Positions 24,672-36,414 of a DNA stretch of 64,000 bases are shown here, in pieces. Made by a program: the position numbers and the translations under genes. Each line of letters opens with the position of its first letter. Position 1 is the first letter of the stretch. Under the pieces are notes generated by a model. That model did no database searches, had not been told where the DNA came from, and saw only the letters and a list, made by a program, of their open reading frames with translations. Origin of the DNA: Catajapyx aquilonaris (Eukaryota); assembly GCA_000934665.2 (NCBI GenBank), contig JYFJ02000948.1, positions 1 to 64,000 of the forward strand, given 5' to 3'.

Positions 24672-27237
24672 ATGACAGAAGTGTTGCAGCCAAACTATGA
24701 TGAACATGAAGGTAATGGTTCATATTGTCACAAAATACCTTAATAGGCTCAGTTTGAATATTATGTTATTTAGTGGCATTATATCGAAGAATCAAGTACA
24801 AGTTGTGTGCAGTCCGAGCCTTTACATTCTTTGGACAACAACTTTGGAGTTTTTCATTTGGATTATCCCTCGTTTTTCTGATGCCGGATTCTCTGCTGCT
24901 ACCTGCCTTGTACGGATTCCTTCACACTGTATCCATTATTCTTCTTTACCACAGGATTAGCAAGTGGGTCTTCTGCAGGAACCGATTGAAAGGTAATATC
25001 TTGGGAATTATTGAAAATTTATTGCTGCTTGTGACATACATCTTGCATCATCTTGCAGCTCTTTACTGGTCCAGTGGCACCCACTATGCAGGCATGCTTA
25101 CCTGTGCACCAGTCATCTTCTTGGTAGTGTATTTTGAAGAATGGTTTGAGGGGCATGAGAAAAAACTGATGACCTACTGTGCTTATGCAGTTATCATGAT
25201 TCTCTCTTGCGTTGCAATGCTGGCAGGTGTGGCCAATGACACAACCATTGGGAGTTGGGTGGAGTTCATATTCCAGGACCACACAGACGAGATAGCAAGT
25301 GTGTAGTGCAGTGTATTGTGCATTTCATGTCTAAACTCTAAAGGATGTACTCTCTCTGTTATACAGTCTATTATGGAGTATGCGAAAGCACTAATATTTC
25401 TTTTTTTTTTCTCTCTCTCTCTCTCTCTCTTCATTATGTAGGTGTGAACACCATGCTGAGCAGTGCTTCTCGTGCTGCAAATATCCTGGCCCCCATTATT
25501 GGTGGCCTGGTATTTCAGTATCTTTCTGTGATTTACATTTATATGTTCACCATCTCTTGGATTCTGCTAGCCATATGCTTGGAGTTTTACTTCATGATCA
25601 AAATACATAACAGCATTCCTGCCCTCTCTGAAACCACATGCATGATAACTCATGGTGTCAACCTGTGCACTGTCATGCAGAATGTGAGCTGTCGGAAAGC
25701 ATGGTCTACATACTTCAGGCGAAGTCTTTGCATTTTTGGTGTAGGCCTTGCGCTTACCTATGCGTCAGTGCTGGAGTTTGATGATATCACCTACTTATAT
25801 GCAGTAAACCGGGGCCTGAATAAGTCTGTGGTTGGAATATTTGCTGCAGTGGCTGCCTTTTTCGAAGTAGTTGGAGGATGGGCATCTCTGGCCATTGAGA
25901 GGAAGTTGGGACCACTTACTACAGGCAATCTGAGTTACTTTCTGGGCTGCCTGTTTCTCACTCCATGCATTGCTTCTCTGTGGATGAGGGGATCTCCATA
26001 TGAAGCATTTTTCCAAGAAGTTCGCCTGGAAAGGATTAAAGACATAACCAAATTGCGTAATCTGTCATTCAACACTTTTGCCCAGTATGAATCCATCACC
26101 ATGCTGATGGGTGGGATCACATTCTCCACATTTGGAATGAGGATGGTGGGCCAGGTGGTTGCGAGGATGTTCCGACGCAGTCTTTTGCCAGCGCAGAGGC
26201 CTGTGGTCGGAGGGGTACAAACATCCCTGGAATCAATCATGATGTTGATTAAGTTCGTCGTAGTCATTGCTATTCCTCGACTGGAGACATACTACATCCT
26301 TGTTTTACTCTCCTTTTTAATGGTGAATTTCGGGTAAGGAATCAACCAGTATGCTTTCCTTAATAATTAAGCTTTGATGAAATATTAAACTTTCTATTTT
26401 AATACAAGGAGCGTTCAAATATGAACATCAATTTGCTAATTACAGAAGCAAAAAGATAAACTTACCTAAGTTGGTCACATCATTCAACCCAGTCCCTCTG
26501 CTTTGCAATGCACTAGTGCCATAGTTCAGTGTAGCTTCTGTGTTCTGCTTTTTAAAGATGTCTTTAGCCTCTGGAACAATATCGCTTACCTCCTCATTAC
26601 TAGAGAACTTTCTTGCTTCCAAAAATATGTTCAGAGGTCTGAAGTCCGGAATGCAAGTCCGACGGGTTGAGATCAGGACTGTACGGGGGATGGGGGAGAA
26701 CAGCCACTTAAAATTTTGCATCATCACCATCGTATGGGCAGTGACATGTGGACATGCATTGTCTTGCAGGAAGAGCATGGGACTCTGGCTTTTCCCTCTG
26801 ATATTTCAGTTGGTTTCTGATAATGGTGTCCACACTACCAACACAGATATTCAAAGTGGAAGCAATATCACTCACAGAAATCCGTCTATCATCACAAAAT
26901 GAGCTCCTCAACTAGGGAAGCATTCTCTTCCTTTAATTAAATAAAAGGTTGGACGCATTACGCAGCATCACCTGCTGGGTACAGCTTCCGCATATGCATT
27001 GTTGTTTTGTGAGAGAAATTTAAATTGCTGTTCATATTTGAAGGCTCCTTGTACAATTTTACAATACCACAGTGAACAACATGCATGATGTTAACAGCTG
27101 CCATAAATGTTTTTTTTAGGTGGATTTTATTTGCAATCTACAGCTGCGGTCGTAAAGAAATGCCAGAGGAAGAGCCCATATCAATATTCGTCGCATGGCC
27201 AACTGTACTTTCTGATCTCTTCAACCAGTGGACATAA
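24672..27237 (+). CDS. Divergent ferroportin-like MFS transporter, copy 4, about 502 aa
   Basis: Exons 24672-24711, 24774-24992, 25059-25298, 25442-26333, 27120-27237 (1509 nt, open). Close paralog of copy 3. Confidence 0.85.
26405..27051 (-). mobile_element. Internally deleted mariner element in the last coding intron of copy 4
   Basis: 30-bp TIRs caaggagcgttcaaatatgaacatcaattt and aaattgctgttcatatttgaaggctccttg with TA flanks (26403-04, 27052-53). Minus-strand transposase remnants: DRRISVSDIA..L.I..GSV, LQDNACPH, frameshifted HPPYSPDL. Confidence 0.9.
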
Positions 27238-27849
27238 TTTAAATTGGTATACTATGCAAGGCATTTTCAATGCAATTGTCTAAATACATGCAATTTGCAC
27301 ATTTTTTTTATTTTTACAGGTGTCACCTTTAGCACTTCTGAACATATATATGTCAGCTCCTAACTGAAAATGCGAAAGGTTCCCATCCAGGATTGTTACC
27401 CCATTGGCTCCAATAGCAATGAAATTTTAGTGAGAGTCTTCTCCAAATTATTAGAAGAAAGATTGAAACAAGAGAAGGGAAAAATGCAGCTTACACGAAG
27501 TCATCTCAATGATGCGGTTTGATATCCTACAGTGAAAAATTGCCAGCTCTAGAATAAAATATCATGTACGTATATACATAATGCTATAATTATAGTGTTA
27601 TTGTTTGGACTGACTGATCGGGAGTGGTGAGTTGTGGCCAAAGGTCTGTGCTTTATTCTTTCGTTCATATTCAGGTTATAGTCTTTTCCAATTCAATGAC
27701 AGTGGAAGATGATGTTTTGGTGAGCAGTTTGAAATCTTGTAAATTGCTGGAAAAGCCTCCAGGTGGCAGCACTGGGCAGATGGGCTGGAATTCCTGGAAT
27801 GTCAGAACGTCTTTGGACTGTCTGAATCAGCTGTCTGAAGAGTACGTCT

Positions 27850-28400
27850 GAAGGATGCAGGACGACCAGAATGGACAGCGCTGGACGACCTGGTTTCCTC
27901 TGGAAGGAGGGTGCCACCACTGTGGACATCCACAGGCGCCTGGTGTCTGTGTGTGGGGTGTATGCACCGGCGAAGAAGACTGTAGCCTACAACTGGGTGG
28001 AGGGCTGGAAGAACGGCCGCACCTCAGCTGAGAAGGGGACCAGCCCTGGAAGGAGGGTGAGCGTGGCCACACCAACCACAGTCGCTCGGGTGGAGAGGGT
28101 CATCCTGGAGAACCCCAGCATCACCTTCTCGGAGCTGGAGGGGGCCACGGGACTAGCCAGAGTCACCTTGCAGCGCATTGTGCATAAGCACCTGCAGATG
28201 ACAAAGGTCTCTGACAGGTGGGTTTCCAAGTCCAAGACTGCAGCCGAAGACAGTCAGCACATGTGGACGAATTTGCAGCAATCTCCTACAACGATATGAC
28301 CAAGGATAACTGGAAACCAAGGCACATTCCATGTCCATGCAGTGGAAACGTAACAAAGAATTTCCGGATGGCAATTGGCGTGTGCAGGGTCATGGCATTT
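27850..28400 (+). mobile_element. Degenerate mariner transposase N-terminal (HTH) fragment
   Basis: IHRRLVSVCG..WVEGWKNGRTS..PGRRVSVAT..VERVILENPSIT..EL..TLQRIVHKHLQMTKVSDRWV matches the mariner HTH/WVP-motif pattern. No catalytic domain and no TIRs recognised. Confidence 0.8.
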
Positions 28401-28584
28401 TGAGACACACAGGACATCATGTTGTTAACCCTCCTTGTGCTGTGGGTGTCAGCTTGGAGCCTATTTGATTTATTAGCGTTTACTCTCTAAAATTGTGTGG
28501 GTGTAGTGAATCAAACATTGCATGCAGCCTCATTTCACAACCATGAACTCCTGTAACATTGATAGTTACTACCCAAGAATGATG

Positions 28585-29080
28585 TAGTAAAACTTCTATA
28601 AGTCGAATCTCCATGGGACCGGGAAAAAACTTCGAGTTATAGAAGATGCGAGTAGAGAAGTTTGGATTTTTTAAAGCACAGAACTCTATGAGGAAGCCTA
28701 CCTTTATATCCAGCGACGAAAGGTGTTCAAAGCTTAAAAATAACTGCCACTATCACACTTACAATATTCCTCATTGTTTTGTCTTAAAAAAACAACTCCG
28801 TTATGGACATTTGCCTACTCTTTGATTCAAGGATTCAATTGTCACAATCGAGTCAAGCACTTCTTTCGGTATGTCTGGTATGTAGACAGAGATCAGGAAA
28901 TTGAGCCTTTCTCACTTTCTGTACATGTGGCCTACTCTCGACCCTTCCGCTGGGAAATGAAAAAATCTTCTGTACTCGCCAACGTAAACTTCGACTTAGA
29001 GATACTGAAAATGCATTGATATCCCATCGTAATAAGGCCCTGCCAGCACTTCGAGTGATATAAATTCGAGTTAGGGGAGT
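28585..29080. mobile_element. pogo/Tigger-like MITE remnant
   Basis: Left end tagtaaaacttctataagtcgaa...aacttcgagttataga; right end acttcgacttagag...ttcgagttaggggagtttt. Degenerate inverted ends with repeated TTCGA modules. Confidence 0.5.
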
Positions 29081-29612
29081 TTTTTATTTATTTTTATTTT
29101 TTATTAAAAAAAAAAAAACATTTTACTCTGTGATAGGCCGGAGCCCTCTTAGGGGGGAAGGGGAGGTTCTCGAGGGAGGGCGCTGTAATTATAGTCATTT
29201 CTGACTTTCTGAAATACACCAGACCTGTGGGAATGAGTTAGGGTTAGGGAAAATGTCAGCAATTTGTAATATTATTTCTCGAACATCAGTACATTGCAGC
29301 AGGCAGGCCTGTAATTGATGAGTTTTACCAGGGAGCATATACTACATGTAGTATATGCTATATGTAGTATATGCTCCCTGGTTTTACATTGTTTGCAATG
29401 ACATTCTTTTCAAATGGAATGAGATTGCTTAGATATGTCTTATTTTCAGCACATTGTTTACCATTGTTGAAGCCAAATTGCAGCATTTTTCTTACTCAAA
29501 GAGGCTGGTAGAGTTGTCTAAATTTACAAGTTCAAGAAATACTAATTTTTCCATTTTCCTGCTACAAATTCTTTGTCAATCTGTGGGTACACTTGAGCCC
29601 TAGACTGCACCA

Positions 29613-31528
29613 ATGACAGAAGTATTGCAGCCAATCCATGATGAACATGAAGGTAATGCTTCATATCATCACAAAATACCGTAACAGTTGAGTTTGAATT
29701 ATCTGATTTAGTGGCATTATATCGGAGAATCAAGTACAAGTTGTGTGCAGTCCAAGCCTGTACATTTTTTGGCGAGCGACTGTGGCATTTTTCATTTCAA
29801 TTGTCCCTTATTAATTTGATGCCGCAATCTTTGATGCTCCCTGCCGTGTATGGATTCCTCTACACTATGTCCATTAATGCACTTTACACCAAGATTTGCA
29901 AGTGGGTCTTCTGCAAGAACCAACGGACAGGTAATATCTTCGGGATTTATTGAAAATGACATGCATCATTGCATCATTTTGCAGTTCTTGACTGGGCCAA
30001 TGCAATCCACTATTCATCCATGCTTACCTGTGCATTAGTCATGTACTTGGTCGTACACTTTGAAGAATGGTTAGGAGAGCAAGACGAGACGAAGCTGCTG
30101 ACCTACTGTGGTTATGCAGTCATCATGGTTCTCTCTTGCATTGCGGAGCTGGCAGGTGTGGCCAACGACACAACCATTAAGAATTGGGTGGATGTCATAT
30201 TCATGTACCACAAGGATGAGATTGACAGTATGTAGTGATATGAGTTATTCTGCATTGTATGAGGTCTTGTGTATGGAACCTTGATTTTTGTTGAGAATTT
30301 GGAAGAACTAAAATTTAATGTGTTCTCTCTCCCTCTCCATTATGTAGATGTGAACACCATGCTCATCAGTGCTTCTCGTGCTACTAATGTACTGGCCCCA
30401 ATTATTGGTGGAGTAGTTTTTCATTACCTTCCTGCTATCTACATTACTGTTCTTGCCATCTGTTGGATTCTGCTGTCAATGTTATTGGAGCATTATCTAA
30501 TGAGGAAAATATATGCTTGTGTTCCTGCTCTTAATGATACCACATGCTTGATAACTTCTGGTATCAACATGTGCACTGTCATGAAGAATGTGAGTTGTTG
30601 GAAAGCATGGCGGACATACTTTAGTCAAAATCTTTGCATTGTTGGTGTAGGCTTCGCCCTTACTTATGCATCAGTGCTGGAGTTTGATGGTGTCACCTAC
30701 TCATATGCAGTTAACCGGGGCCTGAATAAGTTTGTTGTTGGCATGTTTGCTGGAGTGGCTGCCTTTTTCGAAGTAGTTGGAGGATTAGCCTCACTGGCCA
30801 TTGCGAGAAAGTGGGGCCCATTTGCTACAGGCAACCTGGGTTATGGACTGGGCTGCCTGCTTCTCTGGCTGTGCATTGCTTCTCTGTGGGTGAAGGGATC
30901 TCCATATGACAATCATTTCCAAGAAGTTCGCCTGCAAAGGGTGGCAGACATAACGCAAGTGGATCTGTCATTGGACACTATCTCTGAATATAAATCCATC
31001 ACCATGCTCATGAGTGGGATCATGTTCTCCACATTTGGAATGAGGATGGTGGGCCAGGTGATTTCAAGGAAGTTCAGAGTTAATGTTTCGGAACGGGAGA
31101 AGCCTGTGGTAGAAGGGGTACAAATATCTCTGGAAGCAATCATGATGATGGTGAAGTTCATCATAGTCATTGTCATTCCTGGACTGGAGACATACTACAT
31201 CCTTGTTTTAATCTCCTTCATGATGGTGCATTTTGGGTAAGGAATAATGAAGAACTCGCATGGTACCTTTCAACATCCCAGTGTGTAATGTTTAACTTTA
31301 CATTGGTTTAGCTTAGCTGATGATGTCATACAAAAACTCATGATTTGTGAACAGCATAAATAATATGTTTTGAGCAGTCATCAATGTGCAGAATTTTTTT
31401 CTAGGTGGATTTTATTTGCAATCTATAGCTGCAGGAGGCATTGCATTAGTGAAGAAATACTAGAGGAAGATGAGCCTTCCGTCACATGGTCAAATATACT
31501 TTCTTTCATCTTCAACCAGTGGATGTAA
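29613..31528 (+). CDS. Divergent ferroportin-like MFS transporter, copy 5, about 504 aa
   Basis: Exons 29613-29652, 29712-29930, 29985-30227, 30348-31236, 31405-31528 (1515 nt, open). Paralog of copies 3 and 4. Confidence 0.85.
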
Positions 31529-32740
31529 TATTTTATTGGTAAGTCATGTAGGCCTATTCAAGAAAATTGTCAAAATACATGTATTTGTTACATTTTTTTT
31601 TGTTTCACAGAGGTGGGCTGCTGCTACTGAGGATACAAAAGGTTCCCATCCAGGATTGTTGTTGGCTCCAATAGTGATAGTTTTTAGTGAGTGTACCTAA
31701 TATTATTAGCTGAATAGCTATGCAAGTGAAACTTGGTTTTTCATAATTTGATTCCCTGCCTGGATTTGAAAATGCTCACCTGGAAATTTTTCCAAGTTCA
31801 TCTGGCCACAGACAGGATTCACATCATGAGAGAATTTATCAGGAGTGTCTATTACAGTGTTACAAAATGCTAAATATTTTGAAAATCACATTGTTTACCA
31901 ACAGGAATGAAAGATTCTTAGAAACGACGAGTGTGCATTGTGCAACCATGTTTACACAATGTTGCAACCCTGAAAATATGGGTCAATGCAATTGGAAACC
32001 AATAATTCAGACACACTGACTCCATTGATGAAAATTTTTGTGGACAACTTAAAACTGTAAAATATTTGTCATATTTTATCAACGGTAAAAACGTGAAGTA
32101 TTACCGTGTTTTAAAATGTTACAATACCCACAGTGACCACTTGACGTTGGAAAAATTAATTTTTCACTCCAGATTTCTCAGTTGGGTATCTAAATATGCA
32201 AACACTGACTTTTTCATCTTATATTACTGGGAACAACTTATTATTACGTACCATTATTATTATATCCAAATTATAGCCAACCACTATTGAAGACTACAAG
32301 GCTCCTAGAAGGGAAAAGGAAATGCATAAAAATGTGAGTTAGTAGATATGTTGTAATGGCCTCAGGACAAAATTGCAACAAATTTTTCAAGTGCTTAGAA
32401 ATCACCTCCGTGACTGTTGATAGCCTCCAGGGAAAAATTCCCAGCTCTAAATGCAATAGGAATAAGTGACGTTTCCACTTGCCAGTGTTATTTGATCTGA
32501 CAGTAATGGACCTGAGGACTCATTGTGGCCGAAGATCTGTGTTTTCCTTCACACAATAATCATATTCAGGTTACACTTTTCCAATGCAGTTCTACCTGCA
32601 AATTGTAGCTCATGCCCTTGGACTACTTTCAGTAACAAGCTTCCACTGAGCTTGCATATAGCTGTGGTAGTTTGTGCGCAGAATGGGGCACAGGCAATAT
32701 TGTGATAGAAAAACTCCTTGTGCTGAGACATGCCCATAAT

Positions 32741-33932
32741 TTATTGCTCAGAGTCAGCACACTGTTTGGCACATCGTTTGAATAAGACCTGAGTTTCACT
32801 GCATTCTTTCTCTTGAGCAGCATCCTCAGACATTTGCTCGTACAGTGGTATGTTTGTCCTAACCACTGGTGGGATCTGTTGCAGTTCTTGTTTAATTTGG
32901 TATTGCTGCGATTTTTGTGCTTCAGTGACTGCTGCTTCCTGTCTGAGCGGTGTGGTAATCTGGGGCGTCACTGGTAAATGCAATGATTGACTGTTGATTG
33001 ATGCTTGTGGAAGCTGAACTGTGGGGCACTTTCTAATCGCTGTTGACCTAACAGTTGTTTTCTGCGAATTTAATAACAAGGGTGGTTAATTACAACTGGT
33101 ATCTTTCACACTTAAGGGTCTTTTGTGCATTTAAAAAAAACTTAGTTAGGTTTCTTGGGATTACTCATTATAACTTTAGATGTAGCCACTAGCCAGGGAA
33201 TATATATTACCTCAGGTAGGACTGACTGACTTATTGGAAGGGATGCAGCCTCTTTTGGTTTTACGGTTTCAGACCTCAGTTGTTGTTGATCAGTGGATCC
33301 TGAATTTGGGCACTCCTGCAGTATAGAAGTGCTCCTATACAGAACTGCAAAGGAAAGTCTTCGACCTTATCTTACCTGAGTATTCAAGGAGATATTGGCT
33401 GACTTGGATATACTGGTCTTTACAGCCTGGAACAACTCAGAGAATGGGTGTTCCGCACCTGAGTGACAAACATAATTCACCAGCTGAAATTGAGGAGTGA
33501 GGCATGTCGTGTGTTGTGGAAAACCCTGATAACAGAATATACCAACCTTCTCAAAACTTATCTGGGAAACGGGTCCTGATTCTCCATTGGCAGTGGAAAT
33601 GACTTTCACAGCATCGAGTGGATGCAAGTCGACTCCCACCATGGAGGCAAATTTTTGCAGTTCAGAAATTTTGAGGTGATCATTGCAATCCTTGTCTGCC
33701 CTGCACGACATTACATGTTACAAATGCGTTGAATAATGTTACGCCACGTTTCCAACAATTCTTACCGCAAGAAAAGTTCCTGTAGATTTTTATGCTGCTG
33801 TTGACTCAAGCACAATTTTTGCTTCTGAAGTGGGTACTCTGAGGATGCATGCCTGTATGACAAGTGGCAAGTGCACTGAGCTTTGGGATTTGTACTTTTG
33901 ATTTTAGAGGACATGTCAACACGCAGATTTTC
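32741..33932 (-). CDS. Uncharacterised protein with one EF-hand-like loop and a Q/P/S/T-rich tail; start uncertain (ATG at 33914 or further upstream exons)
   Basis: Frame-consistent GT-AG exons 33932-33766, 33700-33547, 33483-33376, 33315-33211, 33061-32741. The segment LQELFLRADKDCNDHLKISELQKF resembles helix-loop-helix DxDxNxxLxxxE. Confidence 0.6.
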
Positions 33933-34642
33933 CTGAAAACACCACAACATGGTTAACGCCGTCTGAAGTTAAGTCCACAAGACGTATGTGGGACAGATCA
34001 TATTGAGACATATTAATAGGTCCTTAAATCTATGGATTGAAGCCGTACCTTAGTGCCTTGTAGTTCTACTTCTAATATTATGGATGGGGTACATTTCAGT
34101 TGCCAAGTGATAATGCAAAGACAATACCACTACATACATATGTTTGCTGCTGCATATGGTACATACATTGCATTACTTTTTAATATTTAATTATTTATCA
34201 TGATAATTCCACACATACTTGCTCTCCACCAGCTCTCCACCAGCTCTTGGACCTACCCACCTCCAGCCACCAACTCCATAGAACCGCCGTTGCTACAAAA
34301 CCAACAAAAGCCACAGCAACAATTGAATTTAAAAAGGCGCGGATTCCGCCGGCATGGCAGAGGTGTGGACTCCCCTCCGCCAGAGGCCTCCACCGTCCCT
34401 CGCCCTTCACCTTTAGTCGTCTAGTGTACCCTGTACCTTCAGCCGACCAAGGAAACTTCGTGGTTGATGCGTACTTGAGGATTTCCAACACCCAACAAGG
34501 ACCGGTAACATCATCAGCTAAATCATTTGCATGCTTAGTACGTACACTTGCGGATTCACTGCTGGTTATACCGTGGTACCTGTACCATGTGGATGTAGGC
34601 CCCAGGTTGAACGGTGCAGTTGGCCTTATTGCAGGTTGAAGG

Positions 34643-36414
34643 ATGAGCGGAGACGGACAGGAGGAGGTGCTGGTGGAGGAGCCCATAAGCGACAGGCCAC
34701 AGGAGCCGCCAAGTGGAGACGGACCGCAGGTGCCTTCAAGCGAAGACGGACAGGCAACTCCTAACGGTGCGCTACACAGCCGTTTAACACTCTACTTTAT
34801 GACTCAACATCAATTTTAGTTCCAGGCGGTGACACCGAATCCAACGAAGTCATCATACCGGATACGGATGCGGAGGTGCGCCGTTATTCCATCATCGCAG
34901 TTGACATGTAGTATATATTGGTGCTTTGTTTTTTCCTGGCAGGAGGTTGATTTGAACCATAGTAGGATAGCCAAATTGGAGAACCTGGAAATGCTTCGGA
35001 AAGTGGAGGTACTTTGTCTGAGATGGAACCTCATATCAAAGATTGAGAACTTGTCATGCCTGAAGACGACACTCAGGGAACTCGAGCTGTATGACAACCA
35101 GATTAAGAAGATCGAGAATCTGGAGGAACTGGAGAACCTTGAGTATGGAGCCTTCTTTTATTGAGAAAAAGTCGGATTATGTACCTGGCATGTATACCTG
35201 AACATAGTATCATAGGTTTAGTCTTAGAACAAGTGACAACTTTGCACTACTTTTGCTTGATTGATTGTCTGGAAGTTATTACTGTACAGCTTATTACGTT
35301 CGTGCCAATTGAGGAATTGTAAAATCTGCACTGTGTTATTAAATATCTATCTTTCCCCATTAGGATCCTTGACATCTCCTTTAACAGGCTGAGAGTGATT
35401 GAAAATTTAGAGAAGCTGACCAAACTGAAGAAACTCTTTTTGTGTTCCAACAAACTGTCGAAAATTGAGAACATCAGCCATCTCACAAACTTGGAGGTGC
35501 TGGAGCTTGGAGACAATAGAATCAGGGTAAGGCGCAAACCGTTTTGCATTTAATTTCACACAGTGTCTGGTGAATGCAGTATTGCTAACACGAGGTTTTT
35601 GAATGCTAACATTCAGGAAATAGAAAACTTGGACGGCTTGGTGAACCTGAAAAACCTCTTCCTAGGAAAGAACAAGATAACAAAAGTGCAAAACTTGGAC
35701 AAGCTGGTGGATCTGGAGCTTTTAAGCATACAGGTAAACGCAGCTCTTATAGTTGACATTTTAAAAAAACCACCTAACCTCTCTTAACTGATAAGAGGAT
35801 ACTAATCGCGATGTTAATAGAGCAATCGAATAACTAAACTGGAAGGACTGTCGTGCCTGGGAAAGCTGGATCAGCTGTACTCATCGCACAATGCAATTGA
35901 GAAGATTGAAGGCTTGGAGAACAACCTCAAGATTCAGACTCTTGATCTGGCACACAATCGCATCAAGAGGATTGAAAATGTAGAGCACCTGAAGGAATTG
36001 GAGGAGTTCTGGGTTAGTTGCACGGAAGAAAAAATGAATTTTACTAGTTAACTAGCGCCTTAAAAATGCAACATGCTGCAGATCACCTACACTCTGATTC
36101 TCGTAAGGTTTGACTGATGTCACTTTGTTGTCATTGTCGTAAATTGCTCTTAAATGGCAACACTCGTGCCTGCAGTCCAACTTAAGAGAATTGCAGCATG
36201 GAACTGGTAGCCCTACTGAACATCCTGTTTATGCTTTCAGTTCAATGACAACCAGTTGGCAACCTGGGAGGATCTGGAGAAGCTGAAAAGTGCGACGGAG
36301 CTTAAAACAGTGTACTTGGAAAGGAACCCAATCGAGGCAGAAGCCAGTTACAGGCTCAAAATCAAACTTGCACTTCCGACAGTTACCCAGATCGATGCTA
36401 CCCTGTGCAGGTAA
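34643..36414 (+). CDS. sds22: Protein phosphatase 1 regulatory subunit 7 (Sds22), LRR protein, about 341 aa
   Basis: Exons 34643-34766, 34820-34875, 34943-35142, 35364-35526, 35617-35733, 35821-36012, 36241-36414 (1026 nt). EVDLNHSRIAKLENLE, LCLRWNLISKIENL, LELYDNQIKKIENL, LELGDNRIREIENL, LFLGKNKI, LEEFWFNDN, TVYLERNP...LPTVTQIDATLCR*. Confidence 0.95.

Noticed and set aside
32549..32740. In-frame ORF continuing after the TAA of the EF-hand-like gene (possible readthrough)
   Set aside because: TAA-A is a poor readthrough context, the peptide is unrecognisable, and an open stretch this short can occur by chance.
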